The position numbers were made by a program, and so were the translations under genes. Source: a virus (Duplodnaviria; Caudoviricetes). From it: 64,000 nt of DNA. The stretch lies in IMG/VR virus record IMGVR_UViG_2879448870_000003, positions 4,864-68,863 of that record; one strand, given 5' to 3'. The notes under the pieces are model-generated. The model was not told the DNA's origin. It searched no databases and saw only the letters and a program-made list of their open reading frames with translations. Below are positions 9,816 through 18,190 of this stretch, one piece after another; within the stretch, counting starts at the first letter, position 1; each line of letters opens with the position of its first letter.

Positions 9816-10265
9816 ATGAGCATAGAAGCGCATCACTGCAATGTCGAAGGGTGCAAAGGATTTGTAGTATTTGAGAATGCCGACTTTGATTTTAACGATA
9901 TCCCGACTGATTTTAAAACGGGTCTGCATGCTTTTAGTGATCCGAAATGCAGCGAATGTGGGAAGGAATATCTTGTCGTTCCTCATTATGCAGTAGTTGA
10001 TGTTAAAAATGACGAAATCATAAAATCAGCCTGCATTACTGAGTATGAACGGCGAGAAAGAGAACGGAAGTATGATGCAGAAACGGACGCATCTTTGCGG
10101 ATCATGAATTATATCATCCGGTGCGGGTACACATACACGGTCAGTGAAGTAATTGCTTCGTATTCCAGGTATAAGGAGACGGGTTGTTACCTCAGTCATT
10201 CCATGAAGGATTGCGTTAGGAATTTGAAGGACGAACTGGAAGAAATGCTTGCAACAGTATCGTGA
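9816..10265 (+). CDS. Hypothetical Zn-ribbon protein
   Basis: CNVEGC...CSECG. Confidence 0.65.
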   Translation: MSIEAHHCNVEGCKGFVVFENADFDFNDIPTDFKTGLHAFSDPKCSECGKEYLVVPHYAVVDVKNDEIIKSACITEYERRERERKYDAETDASLRIMNYIIRCGYTYTVSEVIASYSRYKETGCYLSHSMKDCVRNLKDELEEMLATVS

Positions 10266-10285
10266 ATTGAGGGGGAGAAGAGGAT

Positions 10286-10621
10286 ATGAGCGAAATAACC
10301 GTTAACTACGTCACACAAAGATCGCATTGCGAATGCTGCGAACAGAGGCTGCCACAGGTTGAGACCAGCAAGGTCAAGCAGTTCATGATTAAAACGGAAG
10401 ATGTGACCGATTGGGCAAAACTTGAATATTGGGAGAGTTCATATGTTGGCGCTGATGAATTTTTTGATATGGTCAGAGAGTTTACAAATGAAACAATACA
10501 ATTCTTCGCTGCTGATATGTATGACCACGTTGTCATTGAAAAAACGGAACTGGAAAGAGTGAATGAGTTTATTGTGCGAGAAGTTTTGCATCAGGCCGTA
10601 GGCCATCTATCGACAGAATAA
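10286..10621 (+). CDS. Hypothetical protein
   Basis: Same GGGGGAGAAGAGGAT leader as the 9816 ORF. Confidence 0.65.
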   Translation: MSEITVNYVTQRSHCECCEQRLPQVETSKVKQFMIKTEDVTDWAKLEYWESSYVGADEFFDMVREFTNETIQFFAADMYDHVVIEKTELERVNEFIVREVLHQAVGHLSTE

Positions 10622-10703
10622 TCCCAGCAGCGCGGGGGCCGTACCATTTTGTTGAACTCAGCAATATGGTCTGGCTCCCCATAAAGAAAGGAACAACAAA
10701 CCT

Positions 10704-11057
10704 ATGACAAATGAAGAAGCAATCCACACAATCAATTGCAACTATCCACATGAGCGTTACACCATGCTGCGGGAAGCATTGGACATAGCAATGGTACTGC
10801 TGGCTGCTGAATCCAAACCAATTATTCCATGGATCAAGTATGACGAGTACGACAGGGGCATAGAAAGCCATGTAACGCATTTGGTTATCAGCGAAAACGG
10901 ACCGCAACTTGCCCAGCGCGCTAAATTATTAGACAGTCCTGGTTACGGATGGCACAGATTTGGCGGTAACCGAGTTTACAACGTTACACATTGGGCACCC
11001 ATCAACCTACCAGGAGAGGAAACAGATAATGCCAACACCAATCCTCCCTCCACTTAA
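10704..11057 (+). CDS. Hypothetical protein (DUF551-like C-terminus)
   Basis: PWIK...VTHWAPINLP motif. Confidence 0.6.
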   Translation: MTNEEAIHTINCNYPHERYTMLREALDIAMVLLAAESKPIIPWIKYDEYDRGIESHVTHLVISENGPQLAQRAKLLDSPGYGWHRFGGNRVYNVTHWAPINLPGEETDNANTNPPST

Positions 11058-11379
11058 ACCCATCCCTAACTATCCGGGATACAGCGTAAGCCGGGACGGA
11101 GTGGTGTACAGCAGTCGGAACAGTCGGGACGGGACGCCGAAGCTAATCAAAGTAAATTCCCGGGGGAAGGTGAACCTGAACGGGCTTGGCTGGCAGAAGG
11201 TCCGAGATCCTATGGAGGTAGCCAGAGAAGTATGGAAAATCAACGATGAACCGGCAGAAATCAAAGTGAAGAAACCAAAGTATAGGCGTATAAGGGTAGC
11301 AGCTCTGATCATGGAGGAAAAGGAAGGCATTTCAACCAAACTGATTATCGGTGGCAAAATATACGTACTGCAGCAATAA
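11029..11379 (+). CDS. NUMOD4-like domain protein
   Basis: KPIPNYPGYSVSRDGVVYS; no HNH residues follow. Confidence 0.6.
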   Translation: MPTPILPPLKPIPNYPGYSVSRDGVVYSSRNSRDGTPKLIKVNSRGKVNLNGLGWQKVRDPMEVAREVWKINDEPAEIKVKKPKYRRIRVAALIMEEKEGISTKLIIGGKIYVLQQ

Positions 11380-11577
11380 ACCAAGGAGGAAAGAGCCATG
11401 CAAAACAACAACTCTACAATGATTGACGATTACGACCTGATCGACAAAGATCCAGAGGAATGCAGACGCCGGGGCATAGAAGCATACGGCATAACTGAAT
11501 CCCAATTATCCGTAGTAACTCCGTATGAAATCCACTCTATACTGATTGTAAATATGTAAGACAAACGCAAGGAGGTT

Positions 11578-12240
11578 ATGCTAATGATAGAGTTAATACC
11601 TGCACCGAATAAAGACTTCACTCCTAAGAATGATCTGGCAGATATAACGAGAGCCTATCAGGTTCAGTTCTTCACCAACGCCGACCAAGAAGATATACGC
11701 AAAGCACTCTGGCTGTTAAGCAGTTACCGGACCATCAAGGGGCTGGTGGACAGTTATGAATTTGTCCTTAAGCAGCCGCAGGAAAACGGATTAAATGATT
11801 TTGACATGGCTGGTGTTGAGGGGGCCGTCAAACGCCTCAGCACCAGCGACCACGTTTCCAATTTACCAGCCAACGTACTCATAGCTAAAGAGACACGCCA
11901 TCTTAACTACATGCTATATAAACGAGTTACAGAAGCTGTGATGCACGCAGCAAATAACATCATTGATCCTCATGAGTTTAAAATTGTTGAATTACTATTT
12001 ACCGGCGAAAGGAAATTCAGATACAAAGACGCCGTAGAATATATGAGGCATGAAAGGAAAAAAGGGATTTACAGCATAGAAGCCACTACATTCGCAGAGA
12101 AGCGCCGGAAAGTCATTGCCTCCCTTGCTAACACGTTGCTGTTTAATGGGACGCTGGATTATGTGACGATAGATTACGGGCGTGGACGAAATAAGGAAGG
12201 CGAAATCGGATTAAGACAACTAAATAACTGGGATGTGTAA
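11578..12240 (+). CDS. ArpU/RinA-like late transcriptional activator
   Basis: Last major early gene before packaging module; C-terminal HTH-like TTFAEKRRKVIASLA. Confidence 0.6.
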   Translation: MLMIELIPAPNKDFTPKNDLADITRAYQVQFFTNADQEDIRKALWLLSSYRTIKGLVDSYEFVLKQPQENGLNDFDMAGVEGAVKRLSTSDHVSNLPANVLIAKETRHLNYMLYKRVTEAVMHAANNIIDPHEFKIVELLFTGERKFRYKDAVEYMRHERKKGIYSIEATTFAEKRRKVIASLANTLLFNGTLDYVTIDYGRGRNKEGEIGLRQLNNWDV

Positions 12241-12252
12241 GGAGGTAATGGT

Positions 12253-12534
12253 ATGGAATTAATCGATGTACCATCTTATATGAGAAAAGAAATAGAGGAA
12301 CTTATAAAGTCTTACACCATTACAGTCGAAGAAGCATGGAGATATTGTTTGATGGGTGGATTCGACCATGCGAAGAAACTGCTCGACTTTAGGGCGAAGA
12401 TGCGTTCTTCATTAATTGGTATGATGTATAGCGAAGAATCTCTTAATAGTGCAGTTCGAAGTTTTAATAATCAATTATGGGGACAAAAGTATAAAAAAGA
12501 AGGATTAGGACAACTCAACAACCGCGAAGGGTAG
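12253..12534 (+). CDS. Hypothetical protein
   Basis: AAGGAGG RBS. Confidence 0.55.
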   Translation: MELIDVPSYMRKEIEELIKSYTITVEEAWRYCLMGGFDHAKKLLDFRAKMRSSLIGMMYSEESLNSAVRSFNNQLWGQKYKKEGLGQLNNREG

Positions 12535-12575
12535 ATACCTAGAGCGGTTGTTTTTCTTTTCCGTATAAACTTGAA

Positions 12576-12842
12576 GTGCTAATATGTGTACATAACCTAG
12601 GATTGGAACCTATAACTAAAAAAACTCTTTTGGAAGGTATCGAAGAACACGAATCTGAATTTGGAGAACGACCAGAAGAAATAAGGATGCGCAGTGAAAC
12701 GTGGAAAGTAATATTCAATTATCAAGGCGACCAGTTTGAGAGCATAACTGAGCCTACTTTTTTTCAAGGTATTTCAATAATAATTGATGAAAAATTACCT
12801 AAAGGGACAAGTATTGAAATGGTGGGCACACTTTCGGAATAA
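12576..12842 (+). CDS. Hypothetical protein
   Basis: 88 aa ORF with uncertain start. Confidence 0.4.
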   Translation: MLICVHNLGLEPITKKTLLEGIEEHESEFGERPEEIRMRSETWKVIFNYQGDQFESITEPTFFQGISIIIDEKLPKGTSIEMVGTLSE

Positions 12843-12895
12843 CTGACACTAATTTCCGTAGCGCAGCAGCACAACACCCCAAATATAATAAAGAT

Positions 12896-13090
12896 ACCGA
12901 GGCGAGAGCTTCCGTACTACTCCATATCTGGTTGCGGCAATCTGTGACGGGCATATCACACCGCAGCTCATACCCGACACCTCCTGGGCAACCGTGATCT
13001 CAGCGGCTAAAGATATGGATCGAGAGCGTGGACCGGATACGTGAATAAACACCGGACGCATTCAAATGTGAAGCCCAAAATGGGGCATAG
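12896..13090 (+). ncRNA. Candidate structured non-coding RNA
   Basis: TATAAT at 12884-12889; GNRA hairpin 12899-12912; 9-bp stem TCCATATCT(12921-9)/AGATATGGA(13011-9) enclosing nested stems; further hairpins to 13086; terminator follows. Confidence 0.5.
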
Positions 13091-13113
13091 AGCATATCAA
13101 ATCGATAAAACAG

Positions 13114-13156
13114 ATAAATACAAACCTATTGTATAGTGCAATGGGTTTGTATTTAT
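13114..13156. terminator. Long hairpin, probable terminator
   Basis: ATAAATACAAACCTATTG / CAATGGGTTTGTATTTAT inverted repeat. Confidence 0.7.
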
Positions 13157-13224
13157 GTCGATTTATGGGTAAAAAGAAGGAATATACATTATCGGTGTGG
13201 AAGAATATCCCTAACTAAAGGGGG

Positions 13225-14124
13225 ATGTTTATGCCACGAAAATCAAAAAGCTTTAATGCTTATCAGATAGACATGCATTACTTGGATACCAGAGGAAGAC
13301 AAGATGTTGATGCGGTTAAATGGGATGCAACAGTTACCACACAACTTTTCGCTTCGATTTACGCATTAAATGATGCTGATAGAACCATTCGATTTAAAGA
13401 TTCATGGTTGATGTATCTCGATCATTTAGATGAGGATCAGCATTATATATTTGGTAGGTTCTCTTCAGCTGAGTACGGAACGGTTGGGGAGTTACTTCAT
13501 GCAGATAACTTGACCCGGCGCCCCAATCCTAAATTGGTGAGAGAAGGTGAAAACCAATCCACTTATTTCATTATTAAGAAAGCCGACGGCTTATTGTTGC
13601 TACAGAGTAATATTAGATTAAATCGTCCTAGGTTTGAAGAGTATATAGAAAGGTTAGGCGCAGGGGTTATTGCTGCAAATACATTAACATACATTCAAGT
13701 ATGCACCCTTCTTGAGAATAATTTTTTTGATGGAATACGTGAATTAAACACGATACACAAGGTGGAAATTGAAGTGTCTCGTTCTGAAGTAGTTGCTGAC
13801 GAAAACGAGGCTGTAAGAGCGCTACAGAATGATGTTGAGGAAATTCATGCTACTGATGTGAAATTGCAATTTGAAGCAAAATACCAACGAGAAGGTTTGC
13901 ATGGTGTGTTTCCTTTGGTTCAAAAATATAAAGACCAAAGAGGTGTTACAAAAATTGTTGTTCGAGGCAAGCTCGCTGGCGCAGAAAAAGTGATAAGATT
14001 GGATGAATCACAGGAAAAGTACAGACGGAAAGTTGAAGTGGACAATAACAATCAGCCATTATTGACATCAACTGAGGATACATTACGTGAAATTGCAACA
14101 AATAGAAGACGTTTAAGGGGATGA
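13225..14124 (+). CDS. Moron protein, DUF4747/DUF6731-like (putative defence component)
   Basis: AT-rich 299 aa soluble ORF paired with a membrane ORF; family resemblance is by eye only. Confidence 0.5.
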   Translation: MFMPRKSKSFNAYQIDMHYLDTRGRQDVDAVKWDATVTTQLFASIYALNDADRTIRFKDSWLMYLDHLDEDQHYIFGRFSSAEYGTVGELLHADNLTRRPNPKLVREGENQSTYFIIKKADGLLLLQSNIRLNRPRFEEYIERLGAGVIAANTLTYIQVCTLLENNFFDGIRELNTIHKVEIEVSRSEVVADENEAVRALQNDVEEIHATDVKLQFEAKYQREGLHGVFPLVQKYKDQRGVTKIVVRGKLAGAEKVIRLDESQEKYRRKVEVDNNNQPLLTSTEDTLREIATNRRRLRG

Positions 14125-14128
14125 TATT

Positions 14129-14716
14129 ATGATTAGTGGCATGAAAAAGTTCATAAAGGCTAACAGTTTTCCTTGGACTACGTTAGCAAAATACTGGCGT
14201 AATTCCAGCAAGTCTGAACTTATCATGGACATTTTTCTGCCAATGCTAATATCAGCTCTGTTGCTTCTATTAACTTCTAGATACATTAATGATTTCAAAG
14301 GACTAATAGGTATTTTTCAACAACTTAGTGGTCAGGTTATAGCTGCGATATCGATATTAGCTGGGTTTAATATTGCAAGTATAACGATAATAGCAACTGC
14401 AGGAGGCATTTCCGATGCTCTTAGAAATAGGAGAAGCACTCCCACTAGCTTGTCGGTATACGAGATTCTTATCATATTCTTTACGTGGGCAGTAATAGTC
14501 CAACTAATTGTTGTGTTATTAAGCGTAATGCTTTTCTACACAGGATCATTTGTACCTACTGAGATGAACGTTCTTATACCAGTATGGGGATGGTGTGCTG
14601 CCTGGTTTTGGATGTCAATCACTCTTCACTCAATTTTTATATCAATACGTAATATGAAGACGCTGTATCTTTACGTAACTTATACACCGCCACCACCAAC
14701 GCCGCCTATACCATGA
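14129..14716 (+). CDS. Four-helix membrane protein, partner of 13225 ORF
   Basis: Four hydrophobic segments, AISILAGFNIASITII motif, poly-Pro tail. Confidence 0.7.
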   Translation: MISGMKKFIKANSFPWTTLAKYWRNSSKSELIMDIFLPMLISALLLLLTSRYINDFKGLIGIFQQLSGQVIAAISILAGFNIASITIIATAGGISDALRNRRSTPTSLSVYEILIIFFTWAVIVQLIVVLLSVMLFYTGSFVPTEMNVLIPVWGWCAAWFWMSITLHSIFISIRNMKTLYLYVTYTPPPPTPPIP

Positions 14717-14732
14717 ATAAAATTTACGTATG

Positions 14733-14758
14733 AGCGCCCTTCGAGGCGCTTTTTCTTT
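14733..14758 (+). terminator. Rho-independent terminator
   Basis: AGCGCC-CTTCGA-GGCGCT followed by T tract. Confidence 0.8.
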
Positions 14759-14763
14759 TGCTC

Positions 14764-14777
14764 AGGAAAATTTACCT
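14764..14777. repeat. Dispersed palindrome copy 2 (AGGAAAATTTACCT)
   Basis: One mismatch; lies between terminator and recombinase RBS. Confidence 0.75.
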
Positions 14778-14801
14778 TAACTCTAAATTGGAGGTGATGA
14801 A

Positions 14802-15353
14802 ATGAAATTCGTACAACCAATACGAGATCCCCAAAAACTAGATGCTATGAAGAAATACTTATATTTCAAAAATATTCGTGACTTCATCATGTTCTTTGTA
14901 GGAATCAATACAGGATTTCGCATATCAGACATACTTCCACTTACAGTACGAGATGTAAAAGGTACTCACATAACGATAACCGAAAAAAAGACAAAGAAAG
15001 TAAAGAGTGTTCTTATTCGAAAATCACTTCGGAAAGCACTCGATGCCTACATCAAAGACAAAGCCGATTTTGAATATTTATTTCCAAGCAGAAAGCGTAA
15101 AAGAGGTAAGGCGTATCCGATCACACCAAACATGGCGTACAAAATCATTAGAGGCGCTGCTAAAGAACTTAATCTCGAAGAGATCGGAACACACTCCATG
15201 AGAAAGACATTCGGTTATAGATTGTACCTCGAAACGAAGGACATAGCGTTACTAATGGATCACTTCAATCATTCAGAGGAAAAGGTGACTCTGAGGTATG
15301 TAGGGCTACTACAGGACACCCTAGACGATGCTTTGGAGGACTTTGAGCTCTAA
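14802..15353 (+). CDS. Short tyrosine recombinase (catalytic domain only)
   Basis: TGFRISD (R), EKKT (K), HSMRKTFG (HxxR), FNHS (H), TLRYVG (Y). Confidence 0.93.
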   Translation: MKFVQPIRDPQKLDAMKKYLYFKNIRDFIMFFVGINTGFRISDILPLTVRDVKGTHITITEKKTKKVKSVLIRKSLRKALDAYIKDKADFEYLFPSRKRKRGKAYPITPNMAYKIIRGAAKELNLEEIGTHSMRKTFGYRLYLETKDIALLMDHFNHSEEKVTLRYVGLLQDTLDDALEDFEL

Positions 15354-15475
15354 CGAATGAACTACAATGGGGTCATGATGAATTCATTTGGGGGAATGAA
15401 GAACAAATCAAATCAGATCAAGGAAAATCCGTACTTTACGAATGACATACAATATATATTAAAGTGAATTCAATT
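15353..15475. repeat. Two direct copies ACGAATGA-N2-TACAAT-N10/11-TGAATTCA; putative recombinase sites
   Basis: Copies at 15353-15386 and 15438-15472, directly after the recombinase stop. Confidence 0.55.
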
Positions 15476-15615
15476 AACAAATATTAGTAGAATACAGCAA
15501 GCAGCCCAAGCCTGAGTTCAATCTGAGGCTTATTTTCATTAGTAACGTTTGACCAATTTAGACCTTTCAAAAGAGGGTCCAACTCAAATACGTAGTAAGG
15601 CCGAGGTGAAGTTAG

Positions 15616-16356
15616 TTGACAAGAGAGAAAAGCCCAGATCGTGAAAAGGCGCTGAAGATATGGCTGAAGAGTGGAAGGCAGAAGAAGTTGAGCGAAATTG
15701 CCGCAGAACTGGGGATCAATCCATCGATGGTCCGTAGGTGGAAAAGCGCCGATAAGTGGGATGAAATACCGGCATCAGGCAGACCACGAGGAGCTAAGAA
15801 GGGCAATCAGAACGCGAAGGGGAATAAGGGTGGAAAGGGTGGACCCAAAGGGAATCAGAAAGCGCTCAAGCACGGGTTCTTCAGCAAGTTCATGCCTCAG
15901 GACCCCGAATTCATGGAGATCCGTGAGATCGTAGAAACCATGAGCCCGGCAGATATGATCTGGGAGAACGTACTTAGTCTGTATCAACGCCTCATTTGGG
16001 GACGCCGTATCACCCATGTTAAGGATAAGGACGATGTTACGAAAGTACTTAAAAAGAAAAAGCCTGGCATGTTTGGAACCGAGCAAGAGTGGGAGTATCA
16101 ACAAGCCTGGGATAAGTACAATAGCGCCATCAAAGCTGAAGCTACTGTAATGAAGGAGCTCAGATCGGCAATTAAACAGTTTATTGAGATTGCTCCGGAG
16201 AAAGACGAACGCAGGTTGAAGTTGGACAAAATGAAGGCCGAGATTGAGAAGACACGTTTTGAAATAGAAAAACTAAAAAATGGCACAGGAGATTCTGAGG
16301 ATGATCTTATAGAAGATTGGGTTGATGCGGTAACAGAGGAGGCAAGCAAAAATTAA
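15616..16356 (+). CDS. terS: Terminase small subunit
   Basis: N-terminal HTH (LSEIAAELGI..VRRWKS.DKW), GPKGNQKALKHGFFSK motif. Confidence 0.9.
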   Translation: MTREKSPDREKALKIWLKSGRQKKLSEIAAELGINPSMVRRWKSADKWDEIPASGRPRGAKKGNQNAKGNKGGKGGPKGNQKALKHGFFSKFMPQDPEFMEIREIVETMSPADMIWENVLSLYQRLIWGRRITHVKDKDDVTKVLKKKKPGMFGTEQEWEYQQAWDKYNSAIKAEATVMKELRSAIKQFIEIAPEKDERRLKLDKMKAEIEKTRFEIEKLKNGTGDSEDDLIEDWVDAVTEEASKN

Positions 16357-16589
16357 GTTCAACAGGTGCGTTATTGGAGTATAAGGATCAGTATGATTCG
16401 ATTTATTCGGTAAGTTTGGGTGATAGATCATAATTTATTATTGAGAGAAGTTGAGGAGTGGATTGCACAATAAGACTTCTGAATATGTAAGGATAAATAG
16501 ATGTTGAGGGAAGATGAATTATATCTCAAACTAAATTTACAAAGAGAGTAAACTCCTGTAGATTTAATATGAAAAAGTAAAAAAATGGA

Positions 16590-17165
16590 GTGATTAAATA
16601 TATGAATGAATTGACTAGCAAATGGCCCGAGCTAACAATAACTATCTCAGGAGTTTTTCTAGGAGCTATTCTTGCGTTGTGGCTCGCTAAATGGCAGTTA
16701 TCACGCCAAGCACAAGAAAAACTAAAAGAAGAAAGAATAACTTTAGAACACAAATATGATAGGGTTCTAACAGAATTGAGGGATAACAGGAATTCAATCA
16801 AGATTTTAAGCGAGGCACTCGGTGAAAGTAGCATTGATACCACACGCGAAGAATGGGAATACATGATTTCCATTGCTAATTCTTTATCCCTATATTTGTA
16901 CCATGACCTAATTAACACATCTCTAAACAAACTCTTGCCTCCAAAAATAGACAAAGAACTATATAATTCTTATAAATATGTACAAGATCTTAATCACTAT
17001 GTATATAAACAAGCTAAACTTCATTTTGCGTTGAGAAGTATTTCAAATCCTAGAACTCAACTGAACATCCCCTATAATAATTTGTGCAAATTTACTAATA
17101 CAGTATTAGATCATCTAGACTACTCAGTAAACCAATTGGATTCAGCGAATTCCAATACTAATTGA
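16590..17165 (+). CDS. Moron: N-terminal TM anchor plus helical domain
   Basis: AT-rich; GVFLGAILALWLA segment. Confidence 0.7.
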   Translation: MIKYMNELTSKWPELTITISGVFLGAILALWLAKWQLSRQAQEKLKEERITLEHKYDRVLTELRDNRNSIKILSEALGESSIDTTREEWEYMISIANSLSLYLYHDLINTSLNKLLPPKIDKELYNSYKYVQDLNHYVYKQAKLHFALRSISNPRTQLNIPYNNLCKFTNTVLDHLDYSVNQLDSANSNTN

Positions 17166-17288
17166 TATCTGAATGACCGCTCATTGGCCGGGATATGTAC
17201 CTGCAATTGAATTCATTAGGGCTTTGACATGATATATTTATAATCTGAAAATTAGTCAAGCTAGTAATGGGGCAGTTCATAACTCCAG

Positions 17289-17324
17289 TAATAAAGCCGC
17301 TGAGAATATTCAGCGGCTTTATTA
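17289..17324. terminator. Bidirectional terminator
   Basis: TAATAAAGCCGCTGA-GAATAT-TCAGCGGCTTTATTA perfect 15-bp stem between convergent genes. Confidence 0.85.
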
Positions 17325-17326
17325 CG

Positions 17327-17449
17327 TTAACCTTTAGGGGGAAATGAGGCATTGCCGTGACTATCTTTAGTTTGGATCTTTCCATCTTTACCATGAATGA
17401 TGTGTGCGCGAGTTTGAATTCTTAACCAACAGCAAAAACGACTTAACAT
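17327..17449 (-). pseudogene. Truncated DUF2188-like gene remnant
   Basis: Translation ends IHGKDGKIQTKDSHGNASFPPKG*, the typical DUF2188 C-terminus; only 40 codons. Confidence 0.6.
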
Positions 17450-17487
17450 AAAAACACCCCTACATTTTATCGCAGGGGCAAAGTTAT

Positions 17488-17733
17488 TTATTTAACATCC
17501 ATCAATAACTGAGCAATCGCCGAAAGAAGATCTGGAGCATGCTCAATATCAAATTCTGGACCTGGACGAGGAGACTTGCCGTGTGGCCGAATGTTAAGGC
17601 GAATACAAGGCTTTCCTGTAAACCCGTCTTTAACATAAGTTACCCTTAGACTTTCAACCCCTGTTACTGTTTCAATTTCTATATACTCTTGTTTGGAAGA
17701 ATCGGTTTTTATTTCATGGCTCATTTTGAACAC
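17488..17733 (-). CDS. Small hypothetical beta-rich protein
   Basis: AGAGGAG RBS; co-oriented with 17757 ORF. Confidence 0.7.
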   Translation of the reverse strand: MFKMSHEIKTDSSKQEYIEIETVTGVESLRVTYVKDGFTGKPCIRLNIRPHGKSPRPGPEFDIEHAPDLLSAIAQLLMDVK

Positions 17734-17756
17734 TCCTCTTTAAGAATGAATTGTTA

Positions 17757-18002
17757 TTATTCAGAACTGTCTCGGACAAAAGTTACGCTCTTACCCAGAA
17801 CTACTGATTTAACCTTCCAGCCAGCATTAATCCAGGAATGAGCTTGTGTTCTGGTTGGATGAGAAGTATTTCCCCACCATGTTCGATCTTTAAATGCAGA
17901 TTCAGGCAATTTGCTGCCAAGGATTTTTTCAATCTCAGCAAGTGTCAATTCAATCTCCACTTGCTTTTTAAAGTACTCTTCAAGGGCTGAATATTTGCTC
18001 AT
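17757..18002 (-). CDS. Small conserved hypothetical protein
   Basis: SKY..L..Y...LTLAEIEKILGSKLPESA...WWGN...SWINAGWKV pattern; GGAGG RBS. Confidence 0.75.
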   Translation of the reverse strand: MSKYSALEEYFKKQVEIELTLAEIEKILGSKLPESAFKDRTWWGNTSHPTRTQAHSWINAGWKVKSVVLGKSVTFVRDSSE

Positions 18003-18190
18003 TCAAGAACCTCCATATTTGTTTCCTAAATTATACATCAATCTTCGTAGGTGATGAAATATAACATGGCCAGAAAACGCAGTCCCGAACACCTAACTTC
18101 ATATATAAAACTTGAGCGCCTGCGGAGGCGTTTTTTCTTTTGATCAGGATACATTTCTTTATCAATAAATAAATAATAGGAGGTCAAGGC

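Noticed and set aside
12975-13020. HDV-like ribozyme (CCTCCTGGGCAAC...GGCTAA resembles HDV segments)
   Set aside because: P1/P3/L3 nested double pseudoknot could not be built; kept only as an unclassified structured RNA
14802-15353. Recombinase as the prophage integrase marking an att boundary
   Set aside because: Lacks N-terminal arm/core-binding domains and is flanked by phage genes on both sides
17158-17394. 78-aa minus-strand ORF in the track
   Set aside because: Runs through the terminator hairpin; another frame carries the recognisable DUF2188-like remnant
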